Origin: Octopus bimaculoides
Taxonomy: Eukaryota
Direction of reading: 5' to 3'
Length of the DNA stretch: 38,856 nucleotides
NCBI RefSeq assembly: GCF_001194135.2
Contig: NC_069007.1
Span: forward strand, 18,678,879 to 18,717,734
Positions 24,834-34,289 of the stretch are shown here, one piece after another (position 1 is the first letter of the stretch; every line of letters begins with the position of its first letter). Below the pieces are notes generated by a model, which saw only the letters and a list, made by a program, of their open reading frames with translations, had not been told where the DNA came from and made no database searches. Both the position numbers and the translations under genes were made by a program.

Positions 24834-25155
24834 TGTAAGAGAGAGTGTGTGTGTGAGAGAGAGAGTGTGTATGTATATTGAATATGTGTGTATGGATGTG
24901 TGTATTTGTAAGTGAGTGTGTGTAAGCGTGTGTGTGTAAGCGTGTGTGTGTGTGTGTGTGTGTTTGAGCGTGTTTGTGTGAGTGCATGTGTGTGTGAGTG
25001 AGTATTTGTGTGTGTGTCTGTGTGTCTGAGTGCGTGTATGCCAGAGAGAGAACTTACCACAAAGTCCGGATCGGTTTCCCAGTCGTCGTCAGCGTCATCG
25101 TTTTTCCCCTCAAACTTAATGTTTGTACCGGCAGCAGCTTTCCACATCTTGGACA
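4009..25155 (-). CDS. CTTN: Cortactin (Src substrate cortactin / HS1 family), multi-exon gene span; 14 coding exons visible, 3' end incomplete
   Basis: Spliced translation gives [45 protein letters not shown]..., tandem GFGGK(F/Y)GxQ repeats, [10 protein letters not shown] helical segment and [17 protein letters not shown]3 start. All visible exons have GT-AG boundaries. Phases are consistent except one junction (23232 to 20906) that needs a missing phase 0-to-1 exon. Visible CDS totals 1973 nt. Confidence 0.97.
4195..4641. mobile_element. Interspersed retroposon 3'-end-like repeat (RTE-like tail, (CAT)n end); two adjacent partial copies
   Basis: catcatcgtttaacgtccgc...ggatgcccttcctaacgccaacc motif recurs at about 9255-9445 and 11320-11600 (opposite orientation), 24480-24600, 28890-29240 and 36420-36660. 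The RTE assignment is from recall, not a search. Confidence 0.6.
4980..5070 (-). CDS. CTTN: Cortactin linker/SH3 start exon (91 nt, phase 0-1)
   Basis: attccag|[31 protein letters not shown]|gtcagt; contains the ALYDY SH3 signature. Confidence 0.92.
6400..6930. repeat. Intronic (GGT/GAT)n trinucleotide low-complexity tract
   Basis: Mixed ggt/gat repeats; source of spurious Gly/Asp, Val/Met and Thr/Ile ORFs. A similar tract lies at 15800-16090. Confidence 0.9.
6994..7371 (-). CDS. CTTN: Cortactin acidic linker exon (378 nt, phase 0-0)
   Basis: tcttttcag|[10 protein letters not shown]...[14 protein letters not shown]...[12 protein letters not shown]|gtaagt; open frame, phases match neighbours. 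Confidence 0.85.
7713..7861 (-). CDS. CTTN: Cortactin helical/coiled-coil exon (149 nt, phase 1-0)
   Basis: catag|(S)[49 protein letters not shown]|gtaagt; resembles vertebrate [24 protein letters not shown]. Confidence 0.93.
8668..8737 (-). CDS. CTTN: Cortactin post-repeat exon (70 nt, phase 0-1)
   Basis: cattccag|[24 protein letters not shown]|gtaag; size and phases fit both neighbours. Confidence 0.88.
9800..10179 (-). CDS. CTTN: Cortactin long repeat exon (380 nt, phase 1-0) with 3.5 repeats
   Basis: ttttag|(D)[126 protein letters not shown]|gtagat. Confidence 0.95.
10514..10751 (-). mobile_element. tRNA-derived SINE family C with target-site duplication
   Basis: Minus-strand head ggcagaatcgttag ... 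gagttcaaattcc and A-rich tail; 11-nt TSD atatcctattt at 10503-10513 and 10752-10762. Related copies at 32352-32577 and about 23405-23620. Confidence 0.8.
12126..12236 (-). CDS. CTTN: Cortactin repeat exon A' (111 nt, phase 1-1), paralogue of exon 20796-20906
   Basis: cacag|(D)[37 protein letters not shown]|gtaaat; intact frame and splice sites. Confidence 0.9.
12632..13030 (+). mobile_element. tRNA-derived SINE family A, full-length copy
   Basis: Head gtgtggtaagtagcttgc...ggttcagtccc, ccttgggcaagtgtc core, internal (TA)n/(TG)n, 3' end gtcaaatgactgaaacaagtaaaaga. Nearly identical to 28173-28552 (+) and 38455-38856 (-). Confidence 0.85.
13980..14215 (+). pseudogene. Mariner transposase N-terminal (HTH) fragment
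   Basis: Translates as [35 protein letters not shown], resembling mariner N-termini; contains stop and frameshifts. Confidence 0.65.
15284..15535. repeat. Degenerate ~35-40-nt tandem array with core catagaaccagaagtgg, headed by a 15-bp hairpin
   Basis: About 7 spaced copies of the core; tgtatcctagaacca-gaag-tggttctaggataca at 15284-15317. Confidence 0.7.
17082..17780. mobile_element. Cluster of three TTAA-flanked (piggyBac-like) MITEs: 17086-17297, 17302-17523, 17555-17776
   Basis: Each reads TTAA|CCCT...AGGG|TTAA. The first two share one TTAA (17298-17301); the second and third are close paralogues. Related ends occur at about 24148, 30799 and 31945. Confidence 0.8.
18342..18452 (-). CDS. 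CTTN: Cortactin repeat exon C (111 nt, phase 1-1)
   Basis: tgccag|(D)[37 protein letters not shown]|gtaggt. Confidence 0.93.
18576..18653. other. Perfect 31-bp inverted repeat with 16-nt loop (intronic hairpin)
   Basis: tatgtcacagatagtggacgtgtgtttgtgt (18576-18606) is the exact reverse complement of 18623-18653. Confidence 0.95.
19142..19252 (-). CDS. CTTN: Cortactin repeat exon B (111 nt, phase 1-1)
   Basis: ttacag|(D)[37 protein letters not shown]|gtatgt. Confidence 0.93.
20796..20906 (-). CDS. CTTN: Cortactin repeat exon A (111 nt, phase 1-1)
   Basis: cacag|(D)[37 protein letters not shown]|gtaatg. Confidence 0.93.
21680..21945 (-). mobile_element. SINE-like repeat family D
   Basis: gggaaaggcaaaggggccgatacagc...gtgtcttgctcaagg; shares its body with 13180-13350. 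Confidence 0.6.
23232..23342 (-). CDS. CTTN: Cortactin coding exon 4 (111 nt, phase 0-0), one repeat
   Basis: tag|[37 protein letters not shown]|gtaagt. Confidence 0.95.
23741..23870 (-). CDS. CTTN: Cortactin coding exon 3 (130 nt, phase 2-0), start of repeat region
   Basis: ttttcag|C TTG...: (S)[43 protein letters not shown]|gtaagt. Confidence 0.95.
24297..24370 (-). CDS. CTTN: Cortactin coding exon 2 (74 nt, phase 0-2)
   Basis: cag|AAT GAC GTG...: [24 protein letters not shown] + AG|gtaaat. Confidence 0.95.
24601..25040. repeat. Compound (TG)n/(AG)n microsatellite in the intron after the first coding exon
   Basis: Directly visible; similar tracts at 25930-26700 (GA-rich), 18110-18270 and 26950-27290. 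Confidence 0.9.
25058..25147 (-). CDS. CTTN: Cortactin first coding exon (N-terminal acidic domain, DDW Arp2/3-binding motif), 30 aa
   Basis: ATG at 25147; [30 protein letters not shown]; donor gtaag at 25057. Acceptor tttccgtcag ends at 25156, so 8 nt of 5'UTR precede the ATG and an upstream non-coding exon must exist. Confidence 0.95.
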
Positions 25156-25377
25156 CTGACGGAAATAAATAAACGAAAACTGAACGAACGTTAAGCAAAA
25201 ATCTACGTGTGTGAGTGTGTATTTGTACCCTCAACTGCTACATGACCTGTGTCGGTTTGTTTACATCTCATAACTTAACAGTTCTGCAAAAGAGACAGCT
25301 ACTGGATTAAATAAAAAAAAAAGTACTGGGGCCAATTTGTTTTATAGTTAAAAATATTAGCAATTGTATAAAAAGGA

Positions 25378-25860
25378 ATTATTTACATTATTTACATTTG
25401 ATGGATATTTGTCCTCATCTTGTTTGTTGACAACACAACATTTCGGATGATATACCCTCCAGCCTTCATCAGGTGTCTTGGGGGAAATTTCGAACCTGGG
25501 TTCTCATTCCTAAGGTATTTTTCAATGTTGTTATTCAGGTCACTGCTTGGAATTGAACTCGGAATCTTGGGGTTAGTAGCCCATACTCTTAACCACTATG
25601 CCATATGGCGTAGTGGTTAAGAGTGCAGGCTACTAACCCCAAAATTCCGAGTTCAATTCTAGGCAGCGACCTGAATAATAATAATAATACTAACAATAAT
25701 AATACCAACAACATCGAAAAATATCTTAGGAATGAGAACCCAGGTTTGAAATTTCCCCAGGACACCTGATGAAGGCTGGAGGGTATAACAGCCGAAATGT
25801 TGTGTTAACAACAAACAAGATGAGGACAAATATCCATCAAATGTAAATAATGTAAATAAT
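25378..25860. mobile_element. Spacerless head-to-head pair of tRNA-derived SINE-like elements (palindrome centred 25604/25605)
   Basis: Arms are near reverse complements. Each head has pol III-like boxes (tggcgtagtggttaag ... gagttcaattc). Further copies of the element body occur at about 14325-14495 and 25878-25919. Confidence 0.8.
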
Positions 25861-26286
25861 AATAATAATAATAATAATAACATTGAAAAATATCTTAGGA
25901 ATGAGAACCCAGGTTTGAANNNNNNNNNNNNNNNNNNNNNNNNNNNNNNNNNNNNNNNNNNNNNNNNNNNNNNNNNNNNNNNNNNNNNNNNNNNNNNNNN
26001 NNNNNNNNNNNNNNNNNNNNNNNNNNNNNNNNNNNNNNNNNNNNNNNNNNNNNNNNNNNNNNNNNNNNNNNNNNNNNNNNNNNNNNNNNNNNNNNNNNNN
26101 NNNNNNNNNNNNNNNNNNNNNNNNNNNNNNNNNNNNNNNNNNNNNNNNNNNNNNNNNNNNNNNNNNNNNGAGAGAGAGTGGGGGGGGGATTATGGAGAAG
26201 AAGAATAAAAATGGTAAAGAGAAGAGAGAGAGAGGGGGGGAACCTTGAAGATAATACATTGAGGTAGAGAATGTAAGGGAATGGGT

Positions 26287-26319
<33 letters not shown>

Positions 26320-26578
26320 ATTGAAATAGAGAATCTGAGAGAGGGAGAGAGAAAGAAAGGAAGGAGAGACGGTAGGGAAGAAAGAGGGAGGGAGAGAGAG
26401 GAAGAGAAAGAGAGGGAGAAATGAGGAAGGAAAGAGAATGAGAGCAAAAAAGGAAGAAATTTGAATGAACAAAGATAAGAGATAAAATGTATAAAGTTAT
26501 CAAATATATGAGAGAGAGAGAGGTTGGAGAGAGAGAGAGAGGTTGGAGTGAGAGAGAGAGAGAGAGAGAGAGAAAAAG

Positions 26579-26627
<49 letters not shown>

Positions 26628-28172
26628 GTTGGAGAGAGAGAGAGAGGTTGGAGAGAGAGAGAGAGAGAGAGGTTGGAGAGAGAGAAAGAGAGACATGCTG
26701 GACAATTAGGGATGGTTTACTACTACTTCTACTACTTCTACTAGTCACGCAATGGTGAGGTAAGTGCTAACATACTTGATGTTGGAAAGTCAGGCCAAGA
26801 TATTTTAATTAACCAGAATCACACTCCCTTAATGAAACAGACAAACAAAAAAAAAAAGAAAAAACAATTGTTTTTTTTCTTCTTCTTCCTTTTGTAAATG
26901 GCTGTTGTGTCTGGTAAAGGCAGGGGGAGACAACCCCCGAAATGTTAATTAATGCATACAAACAAACACACACACACTCACATACATGAACCAACAGCGA
27001 GAGATGGCTGGACTCCATACATACGTGCATAGATACAAATACTACACAGCCAAACATAGACACACACACACATACACAGACTTATGCATACATTCATACA
27101 TATACACACACATACAGGAACCAACACCAAGAGATGGCCGGACTCCACACACATGTATATACATATACTCATTATACAACCATATATAACACCCACACAC
27201 GTGTGTGAGTACATGTATGTATGAATATATGTGTGTGTGTGTGTGTGAATATGTGTGTGTGTGTGTGTGTGTATGTGTGTGTGTGTGGTGCATGGCTTAG
27301 TCGTTGGATTTTTCATGTTTGATGTAAGAAATCTTAGCAGTGTTTAAAATTTTACCTGAAGATGGGGGATTCTATGTTAGAATGTAATCTATGAACACAT
27401 CAATAAAATTCTACCAAATTTACGTTCTATTTTCATTCATTCATGTATGCATGCATGCATACATACACACATACATACATACCTGGCCAGGTAACCTTGT
27501 GCCTCCTCTACAGCAAGACACCTGTTTCTGTCTCTTTGTCTCGTTACAACCTTTCATCATCGGAGAAGGTGATCGTGTGTCAGATGATGAAAGGTCATAG
27601 TGAGACAGAGAGACAAAAATAGGAGTCTTGCTGTGGAGGAGGTACAAAGTTACCTGGCTGGAGAGAGGGGGGGGGGAGAGCATACTACCTACATTTCTCT
27701 CCAGTCTACACATGCCTTCTGCATTCAGAGCCTATGTCTCACCACCATGGAGTATAGCCATTCCCACAAAAGCATCATACAGTCTACCTTTCACTCTGAG
27801 GGAGAAAGAGAGTCCTTTTGTTGCTCAAAAGGTGCTTTTTACATGCCACCAGCACACTTGCTAGTTCCACGACGTCAGCATTGGCCACCTGGCCTCCATG
27901 AGGTCCAACGCTCGAATGGTGCCTTTTACAGCATGGGTGCCAATTACGTGACACCAACAATGGTCACAACTATGATTTCACTTGGCTCAACAAGTCTTCG
28001 TAAGCACAGCATATTACCAAATGTCTCAGTCACTAGTCATTGCTTCCGTGAGGCCCAACGTTTGAAGATCATGCTTCACCACCTCATTCCATGTCTTCCT
28101 GGGTCTCTCTCTTCCACAACTTCCTTCCATTGGTAGAAATTGGCACTTCTTCATACAGCTATCCCACATTCA

Positions 28173-28552
28173 GGAGTGGCTGTGTGGTAAGTAGCTTGCT
28201 TACCAACCACATGGTTCCGGGTTCAGTCCCACTGCGTGGCACCTTGGGCAAGTGTCTTCTACTATAGCCTCGGGCCGACCAAAGCCTTGTGAGTGGATTT
28301 GGTAGACGGAAACTGAAAGAAGCCCGTCGTATATATGTATATGTGTGTGTGTGTGTGTGTCTGTGTTTGTCCCCCCAACATCGTTTGACAACCGATGCTG
28401 GTGTGTTTACATCCCTGTAACTTAGCGGTTCGGCAAAAGGAGACCGATAGAATAAGTACTAGGCTTACAAAAGAATAAGTCCTGGGGTCGATTTGCTCGA
28501 CTAAAGGCGGTGCTCCAGCATGGCCACAGTCAAATGACTGAAACAAGTAAAT
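28173..28552 (+). mobile_element. tRNA-derived SINE family A, full-length copy
   Basis: Near-identical to 12632-13030. Confidence 0.85.
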
Positions 28553-29409
28553 AAATGAGTAACTGAGTATCACATGACCATACCAACCGAGTTGTCTCTC
28601 TTGCGCACCACATCTCATGCCTCTTATGTCCATCTTTTCTTTCAAGACACTTATACTCTGTCATACATGATGTCAAGTTAAACTCTCCCATTTTCTTGAA
28701 GACAGCAAACCCAATACGGGCTTCAATGTCGCTAATGTATTCATTCAGTTTAACTTTTAATTAAGCAATGTTATTATCTTTCTTTCACGAATTTGCTGTT
28801 ATCTTGACTTCTTTTGATTGTTTTTGTAATATATTCATCTTTGTCCATGATAACAAACAAGTTACACTTATCAATTCAACAAATTATAATATCATCATCA
28901 TCATCTTCATTATCGTTCGGCATGGGTTGGACGGTTTGACTGAAAACTGATAAGCTGAGGAGATGCACCAGGTTCTAATCTGACTTGGCATGGTTTCTAC
29001 GGCTGGATGTCCTTCCTAATGCCAACCACTCTGAGAGTGTAATGGGTGCTTTTTATGTGCCACAGGCATGGGTTCCAGTTACGCAACATTGGCATTGGCC
29101 ACGACGACGATCTCACTTGACTTGACAGGTCTTCTCAAGCATGGTATATCGCCAAAAGTCTTGGTTACTCATCACTGCCTCTGTGGAGCCCAACATTTCA
29201 ATGGTGCTTTTTACATGCCACCAGCACAGGTACCAGTTATGCAACACTGACATCAGCCACAATTCACTATTTTTCAAGTCCTACAGAGCTTGTGTGAGGT
29301 TTTTCTTGTCCTTTTGTCACTATTTTCCTTTCACAAATGAATGAACCTCACAGCTTGTAATACTTTTATCGCTAAGCATTTTAATCTTTTTACTGTAGAA
29401 ATCATTCCT

Positions 29410-29725
29410 TAGTGGTTAAGGTAATCGACTCACGATCATAAGATCGGGGGTTCAATTCCCAGCGACACGATGTGTCCTTGAGCAAGACACTTTATTTCAC
29501 TTTGTTGCTCCAGTCCACTCAGCTGGCAAAAATGAGTAGTACCTGTAATTACAAAGGGGCCAGCCTTGTCACATTCTGTGTCACACTGAATTTCCCCGAG
29601 AACTACATTAAGGGTATGCACGACTGTGGAGTACTCAGCCACATACACATTAATTTCACAAAAGGGCTGTTCCACTGATCAGATAAACTGGAACCCCTGT
29701 CGTCGCAAACAACAGAGTGCCATTA
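29410..29725 (+). mobile_element. tRNA-derived SINE family B
   Basis: Head tagtggttaagg...ggttcaattccc followed by ccttgagcaagacac core. Related copies at about 2360-2600, 7565-7690 (-) and 37690-37800. Confidence 0.75.
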
Positions 29726-30860
29726 CTTGTTACCCTTAAGTACAGAAAGCAGTTTTATTTATACACCAGTCTATCTTTTGCTGAGGAATGTCATGTTTGG
29801 AACTATTTTCTGTTGAGATATGTCAAATATATAGAAGCAACATTCCAATTATGTTAGACATTTAACATTATTACTACAATAACCAGGAAATTTAAATCAA
29901 CTTCAGTATTTAATTGGTACTTATATAAACCAATGAAGGGGTCACAAGGTAGACTTAGCCTTCTGTTATTATTCCATTCACATCTAGGATGGTTTATAGG
30001 AAAATTATCCCATCTACTGCATAAATCAGATATATATTGACTAAGAATTTCATTGCCCGTAACTGTAGAAAGCAGTTTTGTACAGGAATCTATCTTTTGT
30101 TAAGGAATCTCTTGTTTGAAACCATTTTCTGTTGAGATACGTTAAGTTATTGAAGCAACATGACTTACAAAAAATATCAATTCTGTTTTGTTTGATAGAT
30201 TTTTAACATCATTACTAGAATAACCATGACATTTAATTTTGCAATTAGGGGATTAAGAGGTTAAAAGAATAATTACATAAAATTACTGCTGTTCATGTTC
30301 AAACAGGACCTTATCCTATTTGAGGGTTAAAACGAACTTCATCTAACAACACACCACACCTACCATTACTTCATTCAGATGATGAGGCTTAAGGAGATCG
30401 TCAAAAGTTAATGAATTAATGGACTTAGGAATGCTGTTGTCCCAAACCTAACATAAAGAGAAACTAATGAGGAAATGTGAAATTCTTTAGCAAAAAACGA
30501 TTAAACAGAAGCACAGTTATGTCGTTAATAAAATATCAGTAATTAATATGACACATAATTATTATTGTATTACATATATAATATAATACAATGCACATTG
30601 TGTATAATACAATACATATTATGTATAGGACAGTACATATTCACTGTATCATTGTATCAACCAAACCATGCATAAAGGGAGCGTTCAGCATGGAAGAAAA
30701 TAAATATTCGGATACAAAATAAATATTCGGATAAAGCTGCCACCAACACCAATGATGACGGTAGCATTTCATAGAGCAATCTGAATGCTAAAGGGTTAAT
30801 TAATCACCCAGTTCCTCCTTTGTGACAACTTTCCTGAAAGTCCCCCACCATTAACTATTA

Positions 30861-31790
30861 GATGAGGTGGTATCAAAAAGGTTCCTGAACTACAGGGTGT
30901 CCACAAGGTCTGGGTACATGGAGTAAATAAAATCATAACGTAAGCAATTAAATATAAGAAATAATAATTTCTTAAAGTATGTGTTAATCCCCATGTAGCC
31001 AGACTTTGCGAACACCCTGTAGTTCTGTAGCACACTAACAGATGGCAGCACATGGATGCGTACCCAGTGAAAACTAGCGGTGACCTTCATGAGGCAGTGT
31101 GCCGAGTGACATCACTGTGTTTGCTTTGTGAAATTTGTGTTTTTGTGATCACGTGTACACAGTAGTCTGCGATTTTGTCATGGACAGGAACAAAGAGCCA
31201 ACGTGAAATTTTGTATTTAACTTGGGAAGTCTGCCATAGAGACATTGAGCATGCTTCGGCAAGCTTTATGGTGACGAGGCAAAGGGTTGTACACAATGTT
31301 TTGAGATGCACGGCTGCTTCAAAAGCAGAAGAATGTCCCTGGAAGACGATGAGTGATTTGGAAGACCTGCCACCCACGGAAATGTGGTATTGTGCATTGA
31401 GAATTCATCCTCCAGGGCCAGACAATCAATTGAGAGTTCTACTGTGACATTTTTAAGTGATTGGATGTATGGAATGAGAAAAATTGGATTCTTCACCGAG
31501 CTTCCCTCACTTGTGAGTTTCTCACCAAAAAACAACATGGTATTGCTTCCACACCTGCCCTATTCACCAGATCTAGCACTTGTAGACTTCCATCTCTATG
31601 CCAAGATGCAAAAATGCAAATCAAAGGTCACCATTTTAATACTGTTGTCAAGATCAATAGCGAATTGTAGAGGGTTCTCAATTCATTTACGGAAAACAAC
31701 TTCCAGGCTGGATTCCAAAAATGGAAGGAATGCTGGGACCAGTGTATTGCTGCACAAGGTGACTATTTCAGAGGAGATTTTAAATTAATT
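30861..31790 (+). pseudogene. Degenerate, internally deleted mariner-like transposon (transposase remnant)
   Basis: TIR-like gaggtggtatcaaaaaggttcc. Frame-broken peptides resemble mariner motifs: QREILYLTW (HTH start), DDE*FGRPA, PYSPDLALVDFHL (YSPDL motif) and FQKWKECWDQCIAAQGDYF (C-terminus). Confidence 0.8.
30893..31019. mobile_element. 127-nt Tc1/mariner-type MITE with TA duplication
   Basis: TA|cagggtgtccacaaggtctgggtacatgg ... ccatgtagccagactttgcgaacaccctg|TA; about 29-nt imperfect TIRs. Confidence 0.8.
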
Positions 31791-32069
31791 ATGCATTATC
31801 TCGTAGCTTGCAGATTTTGATAATGTGACTATTTTTAGAGTGACATTGTACAGTAGATATGAGAGGCCTGATCAGGCCAGTTTGTACAAAAAAAAAAACT
31901 CAAAACATTCAGGCCTGATATATCTGGTTTGGATACTAAAGGTTAAATATCTGTGGTTTTCTGTTTGCTTTGTCATTTTTCACAAAGCTGAATAACTGGG
32001 GCATAACAATTTCAGAATAAACGCTTAAATTGTTCACAAGGAAGTTTTAGCAAAATAGACACATTACTC

Positions 32070-32261
32070 TTTTACCTGTTTCAGTCATTTGACTGCGGCC
32101 ATGCTGGAGCATCGCCTTTTAGTCGAGCAAATCGATCCCAGGACTTATTCTTTGTAAGCCTAGTACTTATTCTATCGGTTCTCTTTTGCCGAACTGCTAA
32201 GTTACGGGGACATAAACACACCAGCATCGGTTGTCAAGCGTTGTTGGGGGGACATACAAAC

Positions 32262-32306
<45 letters not shown>

Positions 32307-32630
32307 NNNNNNNNNNTACATATACATATATACGACGGGCTTCTTTCAGTTCCCTATTTCTTTATTGCCCACAAGGAGCTAAACAGAGGGGACAAACAAG
32401 GACAGACAAATGGATTAAGTCGGTTAGATCGACCCCAGTGCGCAACTGGTACTTTATTTATCGACCCTGAAAGGATGAAAGGCAAAGTCGACCTCGGCGG
32501 AATTTGAACTCACAACGTAATGGCAGACAAAATACCGCTAAGCATTACACCTGGCATGCTAACGTTTCTGCCAGCTCGGCTTCTTTCAGTTTCCGTCTAC
32601 CAAATCCACTCACAAGGCTTTGGTCAGCCC
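32070..32630 (-). mobile_element. SINE family A copy interrupted by a nested SINE family C insertion (32352-32577)
   Basis: 14-nt direct repeat ggcttctttcagtt at 32338-32351 and 32578-32591 flanks the inserted element. Confidence 0.85.
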
Positions 32631-33913
32631 ATGAGACAGAGAGATGAAAAAGGCGTCTTGCTGTAGAGCTGGTACAAGGTTACCCGGCCGGAGAGAGAGA
32701 AAGAGAGATTGGGAATGAGGACAGAAATGAGAGTAAAAATGGATAAGTAGTTGGTATTAGATTCTGGCACTTAATTCAGGACACAGTGCAAGTGTTACAG
32801 GAGTGGTTTGGCTGGGGTAGTGAGTGAATTTTTGTCCTCTCTCTTTCTAGTGGCATAGCTTGGATTTTGGCCAGCCCAGGCAGAAGCCATACTGAATGCC
32901 TTTTTCATGAAACATAATTTACATTCATTTGCAGCAAACACTCATTTGTAATGTGGCCACCCTGTGCAGTCAACTGCACACTGCACATGCAACACAATTG
33001 TCCACACTTCCTCGCCATCTCTCTCTCTCCTTCTCTTCCTATCTCTCTCTCTCCTTCTCTTCCTATTTCTCTCTCTTTCCCCATCTCTCTCCATCTTTTT
33101 CTCCCCATTTCTCTCTCTTCACAGAAACTGATAGAGGCTTATTGCGCGTGTGTCCTACTCCTACTCAACAACGAGTGTTGGTCCCCGTAACTTAGCAGTT
33201 CAGCTAAAGAGACCGATAGAACAAGTATCACGCTTTACAAAAAAGTAAATCCTGGGATCAAAGATTGCCCAAGGTTCCACGCAGTGGGACTGATCCCAGA
33301 ACCATGTGGTTAGGAAGCAAGCTTCTTACCAGACAGCCATATATACATACATACATATAATATATATATATATATATATATNNNNNNNNNNNNNNNNNNN
33401 NNNNNNNNNNNNNNNNNNNNNNNNNNNNNNNNNNNNNNNNNNNNNNNNNNNNNNNNNNNNNNNNNNNNNNNNNNNNNNNNNNNNNNNNNNNNNNNNNNNN
33501 NNNNNNNNNNNNNNNNNNNNNNNNNNNNNNNNNNNNNNNNNNNNNNNNNNNNNNNNNNNNNNNNNNNNNNNNNNNNNNNNNNNNNNNNNNNNNNNNNNNN
33601 NNNNNNNNNNNNNNNNNNNNNNNNNNNNNNNNNNNNNNNNNNNNNNNNNNNNNNNNNNNNNNNNNNNNNNNNNNNNNNNNNNNNNNNNNNNNNNNNNNNN
33701 NNNNNNNNNNNNNNNNNNNNNNNNNNNNNNNNNNNNNNNNNNNNNNNNNNNNNNNNNNNNNNNNNNNNNNNNNNNNNNNNNNNNNNNNNNNNNNNNNNNN
33801 NNNNNNNNNNNNNNNNNNNNNNNNNNNNNNNNNNNNNNNNNNNNNNNNNNNNNNNNNNNNNNNNNNNNNNNNNNNNNNNNNNNNNNNNNNNNNNNNNNNN
33901 NNNNNNNNNNNNN

Positions 33914-33963
<50 letters not shown>

Positions 33964-34256
33964 TATATATATATATTCTCACAGTCGCTACTTCCTGCTG
34001 AAATTTCACACATTCTTGTTCCTGTTCTGAATATTCTGTGAATATAAAAGCTTCTTCTTCTTCTTCTTCACACACACACACATATATATATATATAAATA
34101 TGTTTGTTTTTATGTTGTGTTATAATGAAAGCAATTTAACATTAAACGGAAGAATTAGTCGATACTTTTGAGCAGAATACATATTACACATTTTACAAGA
34201 GTAGCTACTGACAGACAGTAACTTCGAAGTTTCCGCCTATATATGACTTTACTGCT

Positions 34257-34289
<33 letters not shown>

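Noticed and set aside
25605-25672. tRNA gene candidates at SINE heads (also 29410, 12640, 28175)
   Set aside because: They have A/B-box similarity but no complete cloverleaf and continue into repeat bodies, so they are SINE heads.
26750-26766. Plus-strand ATGGTGAG|gtaagt, a possible antisense first exon
   Set aside because: Isolated motif with no downstream plus-strand exons found.
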